Origin: Bdellovibrionaceae bacterium UBA6776
GTDB taxonomy: Bacteria; Bdellovibrionota; Bdellovibrionia; Bdellovibrionales; UBA1609
Direction: 5' to 3'
DNA: 64,000 nt
Assembly (NCBI GenBank): GCA_002453155.1
Contig: DKGG01000039.1
Location: 67,714 to 131,713 of the forward strand
Position numbers and translations under genes: made by a program. The number at the start of each line of letters is the position of its first letter. The first letter of the stretch is position 1. Shown piece after piece: positions 54,913 to 64,000 of this stretch. The notes under the pieces are model-generated. The model searched no databases and was not told the DNA's origin. It worked only from the letters and a program-made list of their open reading frames with translations.

Positions 54913-55653
54913 TTATTCGTATTTGAGGTGATAAAACCAGCCTTCTTTTTTGGCCAGTTCAATCATTTTGGATTCGGTGGGGTGGTTTTCGTGGTCTTTG
55001 TCTGTGTTGCAGATCACAAAACGCAAATCCGTCGCTGACATTAAAAGATCGTAGTCGCCCTCGGTGTTGCCAGCGCTAAAGAAAGGCCTTACTCCAGACT
55101 CTTCCACAATCCGTTCGGCCTTACCGGCCTTGTAAGTCAAAATCCCCTTTTGCTCCAAGCCCACGAGGCCCCCTGGAGTTTGAACTTCAATGCCCAAAAC
55201 CTTTTCGGGGGTGAGGCCCACCAAAGAGGCGGCGGGTTCCACAGCCCATTTGATGGATGCGGTCACAATGTAAACATCTACATTCAAACTCAAAAGGTGT
55301 TGTATCAACTTCTTTTGGAAATCAAAAACCGGGACGGGCTGAACAGACTCCACAGCCTCTTTTGCCCACTGTTGAACTTGAGGAACTTCCACTCCTTCAA
55401 AGATTTGCGCCAACCAGATGTAAGCCGCTTCTTTAGACACTTCCACCTGCATGTTCCGGTAATGCTTCCAAGGATCTGCAGGCAATGGCACCAACTTGTT
55501 ATCAATTACATACTGAAAGAAATTTTCTCCCATATCGATGTCCCAAAGGGTTCCGTCCGCATCAAAAGCGGCGACCGCCTTTTGATCTTTGGGAAGAGAG
55601 GTTGAGATCTTGTCCAACAGGATATTTAGGTCATTTTGGTTTTTGATATGCAT
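54913..55653 (-). CDS. HAD-superfamily hydrolase (subfamily IB, SerB-like)
   Basis: Motif I FDADGTLW, a cap region, and motif III/IV SAGNTEGDYDLL. Confidence 0.75.
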   Translation of the reverse strand: MHIKNQNDLNILLDKISTSLPKDQKAVAAFDADGTLWDIDMGENFFQYVIDNKLVPLPADPWKHYRNMQVEVSKEAAYIWLAQIFEGVEVPQVQQWAKEAVESVQPVPVFDFQKKLIQHLLSLNVDVYIVTASIKWAVEPAASLVGLTPEKVLGIEVQTPGGLVGLEQKGILTYKAGKAERIVEESGVRPFFSAGNTEGDYDLLMSATDLRFVICNTDKDHENHPTESKMIELAKKEGWFYHLKYE

Positions 55654-55721
55654 AATGACCTGTTATCGCCCAAGTGCTTGCAAAGAACACCCTTTAACAC
55701 AGAGCTTTGCGCCTCGAGAGC

Positions 55722-55756
55722 AAAAAAAATCCCAGGTGCTGTTTCGCAACCTGGGA
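55722..55756 (-). terminator. Rho-independent terminator of the metallopeptidase gene
   Basis: Stem TCCCAGGT / ACCTGGGA with an 11-nt loop, followed on the minus strand by an 8-nt T-run. Confidence 0.7.
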
Positions 55757-55780
55757 CTTGAAGTTTTGGCGAGGAATCAA

Positions 55781-57781
55781 TTATTCGCTTTCCAGACGAT
55801 CTAGAAATCTTGAGAGTCGGGACTTGAGGTTTTCAGTAAAGCTCTTAGGCGAGAACTTTACCCCGGCAAATTTCTCTACGGACTTCGGAAAGGGAACCTT
55901 AAAGCCCTGCTTATAAATTCCGTCTGAGAGAAGTTTTGCCAATCCTGGTTGTTTGTACAATGTTCTTCGTCCTGTCTTTTCTTCCAATTGGTCGAGCAAT
56001 GAATCTGTCATGATGGCTGCAGAAACTTCAGCTAAGACGTATCCAAAGTATCTTACACTGCCAGATCGAAAGTGACCGGTAATAAAATAGCTATGCCCAG
56101 GTTCGAATCCTTTTTGCGTGTATTCTTCAGGCCATTGAAATGGAGAGTACTTTCGTCTCATTTCTCGAGCCAACTCTAGGGCTCTCTGCGAGAAAGTCTT
56201 GCCACCTTTGGAATAGTCGTAATCCCAAAGCAAAATATCAAAAATAGCACTTTCAACATTTGACCGAAGACTTAGAAAATCCCCAATAGAAGAGCGATCG
56301 ATAAATGTGTCGACCACATCTTCAGGAATGGACTTACCCTCTCTTGTTTGGCCATGTGCCATTAAGAACTCTTTATCTACGATGAAGCTTTCCATGGTTG
56401 TAGAGTGGGTCTCTGCATATCCGTATGCCGAAGAATAGCCAAGGTCATCACGTTGGTAACTGAAATCGAGACCGTGTCCCCCTTCGTGAAAGGCGGTGCG
56501 GAGGTCGCCCAATCCATCATCATCATAGTTTTGCAAAATATAAATGAGAGCAGAACTCCACGATTTTTCTGAAAGTTTTTCTGCCGCTAGAGTCGTTCCA
56601 TTGATTTTCAAAATTTTCGGATAGGGGACAAGAACTGGATTCATGTAAGCATGGCTGTTTTTCTTTTCTCGAGGAAATCCATCCACAATAATTTGGTCCA
56701 AAACTTTTTTGGGAAACCCACTTTCCATCATGGTTTGACGCCAAAGCGAGGTGAAATTTTCTTTTTGAAAGTAAGGCTTCATCAATAGAAAGGCGGGAAG
56801 TCCAAGGAAGCTGGATTCGAAAGGTTTCACCTCTGAAAGATTTTTGCCTTTTTTACGAGCCATAACTTGGTAATAACGATCAGCCAGGGGTTGGGTGTCG
56901 TTCAGAATATCAGTAAGAAATTGGAGCAGCTTCTCTTTCGATTGGAATTCTTCTGTGTGGGAAAGAGATTGAGCTGCAATCTTCATTTCAGCATAAGTTT
57001 TAAAACCCTTCGAATGGGCCAGCTCAGAGCGAATTTGAGCAATTCGATCCAGTTCTGCTTGAGACTTTTCAAAAACATCTCTTCCATAAGACATATACCC
57101 ATCAAGAGCCAGTTTTTCATATATTTGAGTGGCCTCTTCATATGAGACTTTGCCATCGAAATAATCAGCTAAGATCTGAGATTGTTTTGCGCCGTTTTGT
57201 TGAAAGACAGTTTTCTTTGGGGATTCGTTTGCGTTTTCATCAACTTTGTTGTCGAGGGTCTGTTCTTCTTGGAGAAGGGGCTTCATATCTTCGGAGAACT
57301 GTTCAAACTTTAGAGATTTTTTGTTCTTTCTTGCAACAGCAGCGAGCTCTCCAGAAAGTCCTTCGGCAAGATCTCCCCATTTGAGTTGATCGGCTTCCCA
57401 CTGAGGGTTGGTCATATAGGAAATGTACTCGTTGTAGGCTTCATCTTTTTTTTGAGTCCACTCTTCACGTTGCTCTTTGGATTCATAAAAACCGGCATCG
57501 ATCATTTGATGATAAACACTGTAAGTTGCACCTACGCGGCGAAAATTTTGATGAACCGGAAAGATCTTCTCTTTGTAAAAGTTCAAAAACTTTTCTTCCG
57601 CAGATCCTTCCTTAGGAGCTGGGTTGATTTCTAATTCTTGGGTGCGAGTGTCGTCCAACACGGCAAGCAAGCGGGCGCAAGCTTCGGGAACGGAGAAATC
57701 ATCTGCCAAGACGATATGGCCAAGGGTCACCGAAGACAGAACAAGAACAAGGGATGCAAATTTTTGAAACGGGAATCGCAC
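55781..57781 (-). CDS. Secreted zinc metallopeptidase, M3-like (oligopeptidase fold)
   Basis: Signal peptide. HEGGH (HExxH) with a Glu about 27 residues downstream (YAETHS), giving a gluzincin arrangement. It is 666 aa. Confidence 0.6.
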   Translation of the reverse strand: MRFPFQKFASLVLVLSSVTLGHIVLADDFSVPEACARLLAVLDDTRTQELEINPAPKEGSAEEKFLNFYKEKIFPVHQNFRRVGATYSVYHQMIDAGFYESKEQREEWTQKKDEAYNEYISYMTNPQWEADQLKWGDLAEGLSGELAAVARKNKKSLKFEQFSEDMKPLLQEEQTLDNKVDENANESPKKTVFQQNGAKQSQILADYFDGKVSYEEATQIYEKLALDGYMSYGRDVFEKSQAELDRIAQIRSELAHSKGFKTYAEMKIAAQSLSHTEEFQSKEKLLQFLTDILNDTQPLADRYYQVMARKKGKNLSEVKPFESSFLGLPAFLLMKPYFQKENFTSLWRQTMMESGFPKKVLDQIIVDGFPREKKNSHAYMNPVLVPYPKILKINGTTLAAEKLSEKSWSSALIYILQNYDDDGLGDLRTAFHEGGHGLDFSYQRDDLGYSSAYGYAETHSTTMESFIVDKEFLMAHGQTREGKSIPEDVVDTFIDRSSIGDFLSLRSNVESAIFDILLWDYDYSKGGKTFSQRALELAREMRRKYSPFQWPEEYTQKGFEPGHSYFITGHFRSGSVRYFGYVLAEVSAAIMTDSLLDQLEEKTGRRTLYKQPGLAKLLSDGIYKQGFKVPFPKSVEKFAGVKFSPKSFTENLKSRLSRFLDRLESE

Positions 57782-57922
57782 GGGGCCTCCTTTTGAAGAA
57801 CCTTAAAAATAGGGAGGGCGACGCAAGGTATCAACAAAGATCCCAAGCCTGTGAAAAGATTTTAGAATTCTCAAAGATATGGGCAGTTTCCTTGGCCTTA
57901 AATTTCCGCTACATTGCCCCTC

Positions 57923-58369
57923 ATGGAAGAAATGATTGTTCTTAGCCCCTCTCATAAAGAAGCCATTCGGGCTCTTGAAAAAGCAAAATTGGGTCCGTCA
58001 CCCACCATGGAACAGGAAATGTCCACCTGGGATGCCCGTTGGAGGGCAGAAGCCTTGGATCACTATCTCCCCCAAGGCTGGAGTTTTGGAATCCAAAAGG
58101 ACGAAAAGCTGGTGGCCTACTCTTTGATTCAACCCCTTCTCTTCTTTCGAGGTTTGACTCAGACTCTTTGGGTGGAGTGGTTTTCGGCGCAAACTCCGGA
58201 ATCCGCGCAGAAGTTGGTGGAGGTGGTTTACCGGTGGGCCCGAGACAAACACATCCAAGCGGTTGTGGTTGAAAGTCACAAACCCTTCGCTCAAGCTTTT
58301 GAAGAGTCTCCTTTTTCAACTGCAGTTCAAGATGGATTGTTGACTCTAAAAACTTCGAAGATGAAATAG
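57923..58369 (+). CDS. Hypothetical protein (possibly GNAT-like fold)
   Basis: 149-aa ORF divergent from the peptidase gene. I found no diagnostic motif, and the start is uncertain. Confidence 0.35.
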   Translation: MEEMIVLSPSHKEAIRALEKAKLGPSPTMEQEMSTWDARWRAEALDHYLPQGWSFGIQKDEKLVAYSLIQPLLFFRGLTQTLWVEWFSAQTPESAQKLVEVVYRWARDKHIQAVVVESHKPFAQAFEESPFSTAVQDGLLTLKTSKMK

Positions 58370-58376
58370 GAATATC

Positions 58377-60026
58377 ATGTCTAATCTTTCGGCCCTTTCG
58401 CGCTCGCAAAACCTAAAAACCCTCAAATCCAAAAACTTTGATCTTTTGATTGTAGGCGGCGGAATCACCGGAGCCGGAGTGGCGAGAGATGCAGCCTCTC
58501 GAGGCATGAATGTGGGACTCGTGGAGGCCAATGATTTTGCTTCGGGAACCAGTTCCCGATCCAGCAAGTTGGTTCACGGGGGCATTCGGTATTTGGAACA
58601 GTATGAATTTGGGCTGGTCTTTGAAGCACTTTCGGAGCGGCAACGGCTGTTCGAATTGGCCCCTAACTTGGTTCACCCTTTAAAATTTGCAATTCCTCTT
58701 TATGAAAGTGGTCGGGTGAAGCCCCAACTTCTAAAACTTGGAATGATGGCCTATGACTTTCTTTCCATGTACGATGCACCGGAGCTTCATCAGTCCTTTT
58801 CCACCAAAGAACTTCTTCAAGAATACCCTTTGCTTCAAGACAAAGAGTTGATGGGTGGATTTACCTATTATGATGCCTACATGGATGATGATCGTCTGGT
58901 TCATGAAACTTTGCGGTCTGCGGCGGATCATGGAGCCACCATTGCGAATTTTGTAAGTGCGAACGGGCCCGTTTCTGAAGCCAACCAGATCGTTGGATTG
59001 AACTGTACGGATCACCTGAGCGGAGAGCAATTTTCCATTTCCGCAAGACATGTTGTGAGCTGTGTGGGGCCATGGACGGATCTTTTAGGACAGGCTCTTT
59101 TGCCAAAATGGCAAGAAATCATGAGGCCTTCCAAAGGGGTTCACTTGGTCTTTGAGCGCGGCCGTCTGCATTTGGAAGACGCAGTGGTCATGGCCGCTGA
59201 AAAGCGCATCGTCTTTGCCATTCCTCGAAACGAAATGACCATTGTGGGAACCACAGACACGGACTTTTCAAAAGACCCCGGGGAAGTGCGGACTCAAAGA
59301 GAGGATGTGGACTATCTGTTGAAGGTGGCTCAACGCTATTTTCCAGGAGCAAATCTTACAGAATCTGACATTGTGTCCTCCTATGCGGGAGTTCGACCCT
59401 TGGTGTGGGATGGTTCGGCTTCGGAAAGTGCCACCAGTCGAGAGCATGTGATCCTCCACAATCCTTTAGGGGTCAGCTTTGTGGCGGGAGGAAAGTACAC
59501 CACCTATCGGCATATGGCAGAGCAGGCAGTGGAAGGGGTTTTGAATCTTTGGGAGTTTGAAGATCAGGTTCGTTATCAGCATTCAAAGACCTTGGAACCA
59601 CTGAATCCCCTGTGCTCCAGTAGTCTTTACGAGCGCTCAAAAAGTGAAGCCTTAGAGTGGGTGGCGAACGGACGAACGGCGCTCCAGGAGCGGGAAGTTT
59701 TGAGATTGGCCGAACGCCATGGAATGGAATTTGAACACATTCTTGAAAGCTACGAAGGGCTTTTGGATCGCAATCTTTCTTCTGAAGAGAAGCTTTGGGA
59801 CTTGGAGTTGAGACATGCTGTGGAAACAACCATGTGTCTGAACCTGAAGGACTTTTACTTTCGAAGAGTGCCTCTTTTTTTAGCGAGAAAAGGTCACGGT
59901 TTGGAATTTATCGAAGGTCTTTCGCAGACCATGGGGCAAATTTTGGGTTGGTCCGAGTCCGAAAGAGCTTCCCAAGTTAATGCTCTGCAAAAGCAGATTT
60001 CCTATGAGCTTTCTTGGCGCGATTGA
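58377..60026 (+). CDS. glpD: FAD-dependent glycerol-3-phosphate dehydrogenase
   Basis: DLLIVGGGITGAGVARDAASRGMNVGLVEANDFASGTSSRSSKLVHGGIRYLEQ N-terminus, characteristic of GlpD. Confidence 0.9.
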   Translation: MSNLSALSRSQNLKTLKSKNFDLLIVGGGITGAGVARDAASRGMNVGLVEANDFASGTSSRSSKLVHGGIRYLEQYEFGLVFEALSERQRLFELAPNLVHPLKFAIPLYESGRVKPQLLKLGMMAYDFLSMYDAPELHQSFSTKELLQEYPLLQDKELMGGFTYYDAYMDDDRLVHETLRSAADHGATIANFVSANGPVSEANQIVGLNCTDHLSGEQFSISARHVVSCVGPWTDLLGQALLPKWQEIMRPSKGVHLVFERGRLHLEDAVVMAAEKRIVFAIPRNEMTIVGTTDTDFSKDPGEVRTQREDVDYLLKVAQRYFPGANLTESDIVSSYAGVRPLVWDGSASESATSREHVILHNPLGVSFVAGGKYTTYRHMAEQAVEGVLNLWEFEDQVRYQHSKTLEPLNPLCSSSLYERSKSEALEWVANGRTALQEREVLRLAERHGMEFEHILESYEGLLDRNLSSEEKLWDLELRHAVETTMCLNLKDFYFRRVPLFLARKGHGLEFIEGLSQTMGQILGWSESERASQVNALQKQISYELSWRD

Positions 60027-60048
60027 CTCCCACCTTGCAGCTGCCTAG

Positions 60049-61098
<1,050 letters not shown>

Positions 61099-61101
61099 TG
61101 A

Positions 61102-61521
61102 ATGGATGATTCAATCATCCGTTCTTGTCTTCTTTTCTTTTTAGTCACTTTAGATGATGAAAATCGCGTGTATTCTTGTTGTGAATCTGCACTGAGTTCT
61201 GCACGCAAAGCTCAACACAAAAAAGAATTGCCCCGATTGCAGCCCTTGGTGGTGGAAGAAGCCACGAAGGTTTTTTACGATTCCCCTCGAAAGACTTTTG
61301 GAGCCCGACGGCCATTGGGTTTAACCTCGTTGCCTTCGGAAGAGCTGCGCTCTGACCTTAAAAAACTCAGTCAGAAAGTCAGCAAAGAGCAGTTTGTTTC
61401 TTTTGTTTGGAATGAAATTTCTCGAATGCCTTTGTCAGACATTGCTGAAGGCTTAAAGGTTTCTGAGGGAACCGTGGAATATCGAACGCAAGAAGTTCTG
61501 AAAGCATGGGCTCAAGAATGA
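61102..61521 (+). CDS. Small protein with a sigma-70 region-4-like HTH only
   Basis: The C-terminal MPLSDIAEGLKVSEGTVEYRTQEVLKAW resembles ECF sigma region 4.2. There is no region 2. Confidence 0.35.
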   Translation: MDDSIIRSCLLFFLVTLDDENRVYSCCESALSSARKAQHKKELPRLQPLVVEEATKVFYDSPRKTFGARRPLGLTSLPSEELRSDLKKLSQKVSKEQFVSFVWNEISRMPLSDIAEGLKVSEGTVEYRTQEVLKAWAQE

Positions 61522-62519
61522 AAAAAAAGGACCAACTTTCTCAATTTATGGTTCGGGAACTTCTCTATGACTATGCCAAAGGAAAGCTTGAAGGCGAGCG
61601 TAAAGCCGCATTTGAAAAGATTCTTGAGGAAAACGGCGAACTGAAACTGGCTCTTAAGAACTTACAAAATTCTTTGGATCGATTGAAGGAGTTTGAGTCC
61701 GTTGAGGTGACGGAGCAGTGGAAGGAAGAATTGTCCCTTCCCCATCCCAGTTTGGCTCAGCAATTGGTTTCCTTTGAAAAAAGATTGGCTCCTCAATTTT
61801 GGAGAACCTTGCCCATCGCTTTGGTTTTAGCTGGCGCCGTGATTGGAGTTTCGCTCTTCAAACCTTGGAAGCATTTGAACTTTCAAGAAGTGGAAGTGGC
61901 TCAAGTCTCTATGTCTGATGATGATCTTCGTATGGAAGCGGCCATTGCCCTTTCGGAAAAAGACATTGAAAGTGCGATGAAGGCTCAAGAAACCCAGCAA
62001 GGTGAGAAACTTGCTGGAAGTGGTGCCAAGGCAACTTTTACGAGAGATGAGGAATCTGGAAAACCTGAAGACAAAGCTTCCGAAAAACCTTCAGAAGAAA
62101 AAGTGGCCAAGGTTAAAAAAGCCAAGAAAATGGGCGAACTTTATCGAGGCTTCTTGTCTGTGGATGACCTGATGAAAGTCACCGAAGCCACAGTTTTGAA
62201 AATTGAGACTCTCGGCGGAAAAAAAGCAGGTCAGGTTCCTTTGGGATGGAAAAGAGATGAAGACGAGAGATATTTTCACTTTTCTATTCCCGAGAAGAAC
62301 AAACAGGCCCTTTTGGACCATCTTTCAAACTTTGGTCAAGTCCGGTTATCAAGCCAAGAACATCCACTTGTAATGCCTGAAGGGAAAATTCGGATTATCC
62401 TAGTGGTTAAACAGAATCCGAATGTGACTCCACCAACTAAAGAGGAAAGTTCAAATTCCTCTGAGGAAATGGCCCCAAAGGAGAGTGGACAGAGTGAGCA
62501 AAAAGAGGCGACCCCGTAA
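61518..62519 (+). CDS. Anti-sigma-factor-like single-pass membrane protein
   Basis: ATGA overlap with the upstream ORF. N-terminal helical segment (FMVRELLYDYAKGKLEGERKAAFEKIL), a TM helix (LPIALVLAGAVIGVSLF) and a charged periplasmic region. Confidence 0.4.
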   Translation: MKKKDQLSQFMVRELLYDYAKGKLEGERKAAFEKILEENGELKLALKNLQNSLDRLKEFESVEVTEQWKEELSLPHPSLAQQLVSFEKRLAPQFWRTLPIALVLAGAVIGVSLFKPWKHLNFQEVEVAQVSMSDDDLRMEAAIALSEKDIESAMKAQETQQGEKLAGSGAKATFTRDEESGKPEDKASEKPSEEKVAKVKKAKKMGELYRGFLSVDDLMKVTEATVLKIETLGGKKAGQVPLGWKRDEDERYFHFSIPEKNKQALLDHLSNFGQVRLSSQEHPLVMPEGKIRIILVVKQNPNVTPPTKEESSNSSEEMAPKESGQSEQKEATP

Positions 62520-64000
62520 ATCGTTAAGAAGCGTTTTAATCATTTGGTTCTTGTTGTTTTCCGTGGTCCCACTTGCTTTCATCACCGGCTATTCTTTGAT
62601 CAAATACGAACAAGCCATTGATCAGGAACTCTCTCAACGTTTAAAGGGAAATGCTCGAGAAATTTCTGTCATGCTGGGTGAATTCGAAAGCACTCTTTTT
62701 AGAGAAAATGAAAATCATCGCAGTGATCGCACGCTTTCTTATTTTCTTTCCACCGGAAACGAAGGTCGTGCTCGTCAGCTTCTTAAAAAATGGATCATCA
62801 GCGGTTTGGCACAAAGAATGTGGCTCTACTCTGCAGACGCACGATTAAAGATTGCTCTTTATGAAGAGGCTTCGGGGCAAGTGGGTTCAAAGTCCAATTT
62901 GGAATCCGGAGATGTGGAGATCACAGAAGGCTTCTTGAATCGTTTGGGTGACAAAGATGCGATGGGTCTTGTGGACATTCATGTGGATCCAGGGAAAAAC
63001 AAAAAGAAACCCGATGTTCGTATCGATTTGGTGGTTTTTTCGAAAGTGAAGGACAACCAAGGGCGAGTGGTTGGCTACTTGGAAGAAGTCATTTCCATGG
63101 ATCGGGAGTTTCTGCAGAGTTTGCGGAATCGCATGAACACAGAGATTTTCTTTTTCCAACTCAACAAGGAAAGCGTGGCTTCCACCCACGAAGATTTGAT
63201 TCTTTATTCGGCGGAAACTTTTGCAAAAGAATTGAAGGAGGGTGATCAGCCCTTCTTTGATTTAAATGTGCGCGAAGTCCCATACAAGTTTTTGCTGAAG
63301 CCTTTGAGTTGGGGAGATGAAAAAATCATTTTAGGCTTAGGTGCCTCCAAAGAGGCGGCCCGCGCGGTCTTGAAGAACATCAATCTGGCCTTTTATTCGG
63401 TGGCGGGATTTATTGTGATTCTTTTGACAGTACTCAGTTTGGTGATTTCCAAAGTGGTGCTGAAGCCGATTTATGATGTTCTGAATGCCATTGAAAAGTC
63501 TGACTATTCCAAAGGATTGGTGGAGGTTCCAGAGAACAGCACCACCGAACTGGGACTTCTCGCAAAAAGCTTTAATGAGCTTTCAAGGCGCACTTACGAA
63601 TCTCAAAAAGCGCTTCAAGTGAACGTGAAGGAATTGGAAGCTGCAAACTATGAAATCAAAGAGGCGCAGACCCGGTTGGTTCATGCAGCTAAGATGGCAA
63701 GCTTAGGTCAGTTGGTCGCAGGTGTGGCTCATGAGTTGAACAATCCCATCGGATTTATCTACAGCAACATGTCCCATCTTCGGGAATATTCTGAAAAATT
63801 GATTCAGCTTTTGGAAAAAGCAGAGTCTGACCCTAAGAATTTGCAAAAGTACAAAGAAGAAGCGGATTTGGAGTTTATCAAAAAAGATCTTCCGAAGCTT
63901 ATTGCCAGTTGTGAAGATGGTGCTCGTCGGACTCGAGACATCGTGGTGGGACTGAGAAACTTTTCGCGCATGGAAGAATCTAGCCTTCAATCTATGGATG
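62494..64000 (+). CDS. Sensor histidine kinase, N-terminal part (3' end outside the window)
   Basis: This frame is not in the ORF table because it is open to the window edge. A GTG start follows the AAGGAGAG RBS. It has two TM segments, a HAMP-like region and the HisKA H-box GVAHELNNPIGFI. Confidence 0.8.
   Translation, partial: MSKKRRPRKSLRSVLIIWFLLFSVVPLAFITGYSLIKYEQAIDQELSQRLKGNAREISVMLGEFESTLFRENENHRSDRTLSYFLSTGNEGRARQLLKKWIISGLAQRMWLYSADARLKIALYEEASGQVGSKSNLESGDVEITEGFLNRLGDKDAMGLVDIHVDPGKNKKKPDVRIDLVVFSKVKDNQGRVVGYLEEVISMDREFLQSLRNRMNTEIFFFQLNKESVASTHEDLILYSAETFAKELKEGDQPFFDLNVREVPYKFLLKPLSWGDEKIILGLGASKEAARAVLKNINLAFYSVAGFIVILLTVLSLVISKVVLKPIYDVLNAIEKSDYSKGLVEVPENSTTELGLLAKSFNELSRRTYESQKALQVNVKELEAANYEIKEAQTRLVHAAKMASLGQLVAGVAHELNNPIGFIYSNMSHLREYSEKLIQLLEKAESDPKNLQKYKEEADLEFIKKDLPKLIASCEDGARRTRDIVVGLRNFSRMEESSLQSMD

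Noticed and set aside
54829-55038. A 69-aa plus-strand ORF downstream of paralog B.
   Set aside because: It overlaps the 3' end of the HAD hydrolase gene on the opposite strand, is hydrophobic with a shadow-frame composition, and has no RBS.

Overview
This 64-kb chromosomal window is mostly housekeeping genes. Gene content and the many secreted low-complexity proteins suggest a Bdellovibrio-like (Bdellovibrionota/Oligoflexia) bacterium, but that is inference only.

Core blocks on the minus strand:
- pgeF-rluD, a J-domain/HTH protein, a MinD-like ATPase, and tsaB.
- The conserved rpsB-tsf-pyrH-frr-uppS-cdsA-rseP cluster.
- priA and galU.
- An operon of a secreted protein, two Opp/Dpp-type permeases and nagZ, followed by a TonB-like gene.
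- The amgK/murU-like pair and a sigma-54 activator.
- An msbA-like gene, uvrA and PBP1A.

Core blocks on the plus strand: xseA-xseB-ispA-tlyA, pepP, glpD, mreB, and a region-4-like/anti-sigma-like/histidine-kinase trio that runs off the window end.

Accessory or unusual content:
1. A DUF222-like HNH nuclease gene (30116-30910) is bracketed by long inverted repeats and sits between two convergent genes. A ~100-nt structured element follows its stop codon, and a 67-nt MITE/REP-like insertion interrupts one arm.
2. A TadG-like protein is encoded with two secreted Cys/Met/Gly-rich proteins (24884-29347). A compositionally related coiled-coil protein lies at 43388-45154.
3. A 15-bp palindrome, GTCTCAAAnTGAGAC, occurs three times.
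4. Four sigma-54-like -24/-12 motifs sit at a constant distance from minus-strand start codons.
5. An ATPase-dead relic of a sigma-54 activator lies next to an intact one.
6. There are two tandem secreted paralogs of unknown family.

I recognised no rRNA, tRNA or CRISPR array. All repeat coordinates and identities were derived by eye and are approximate. No database search was possible.
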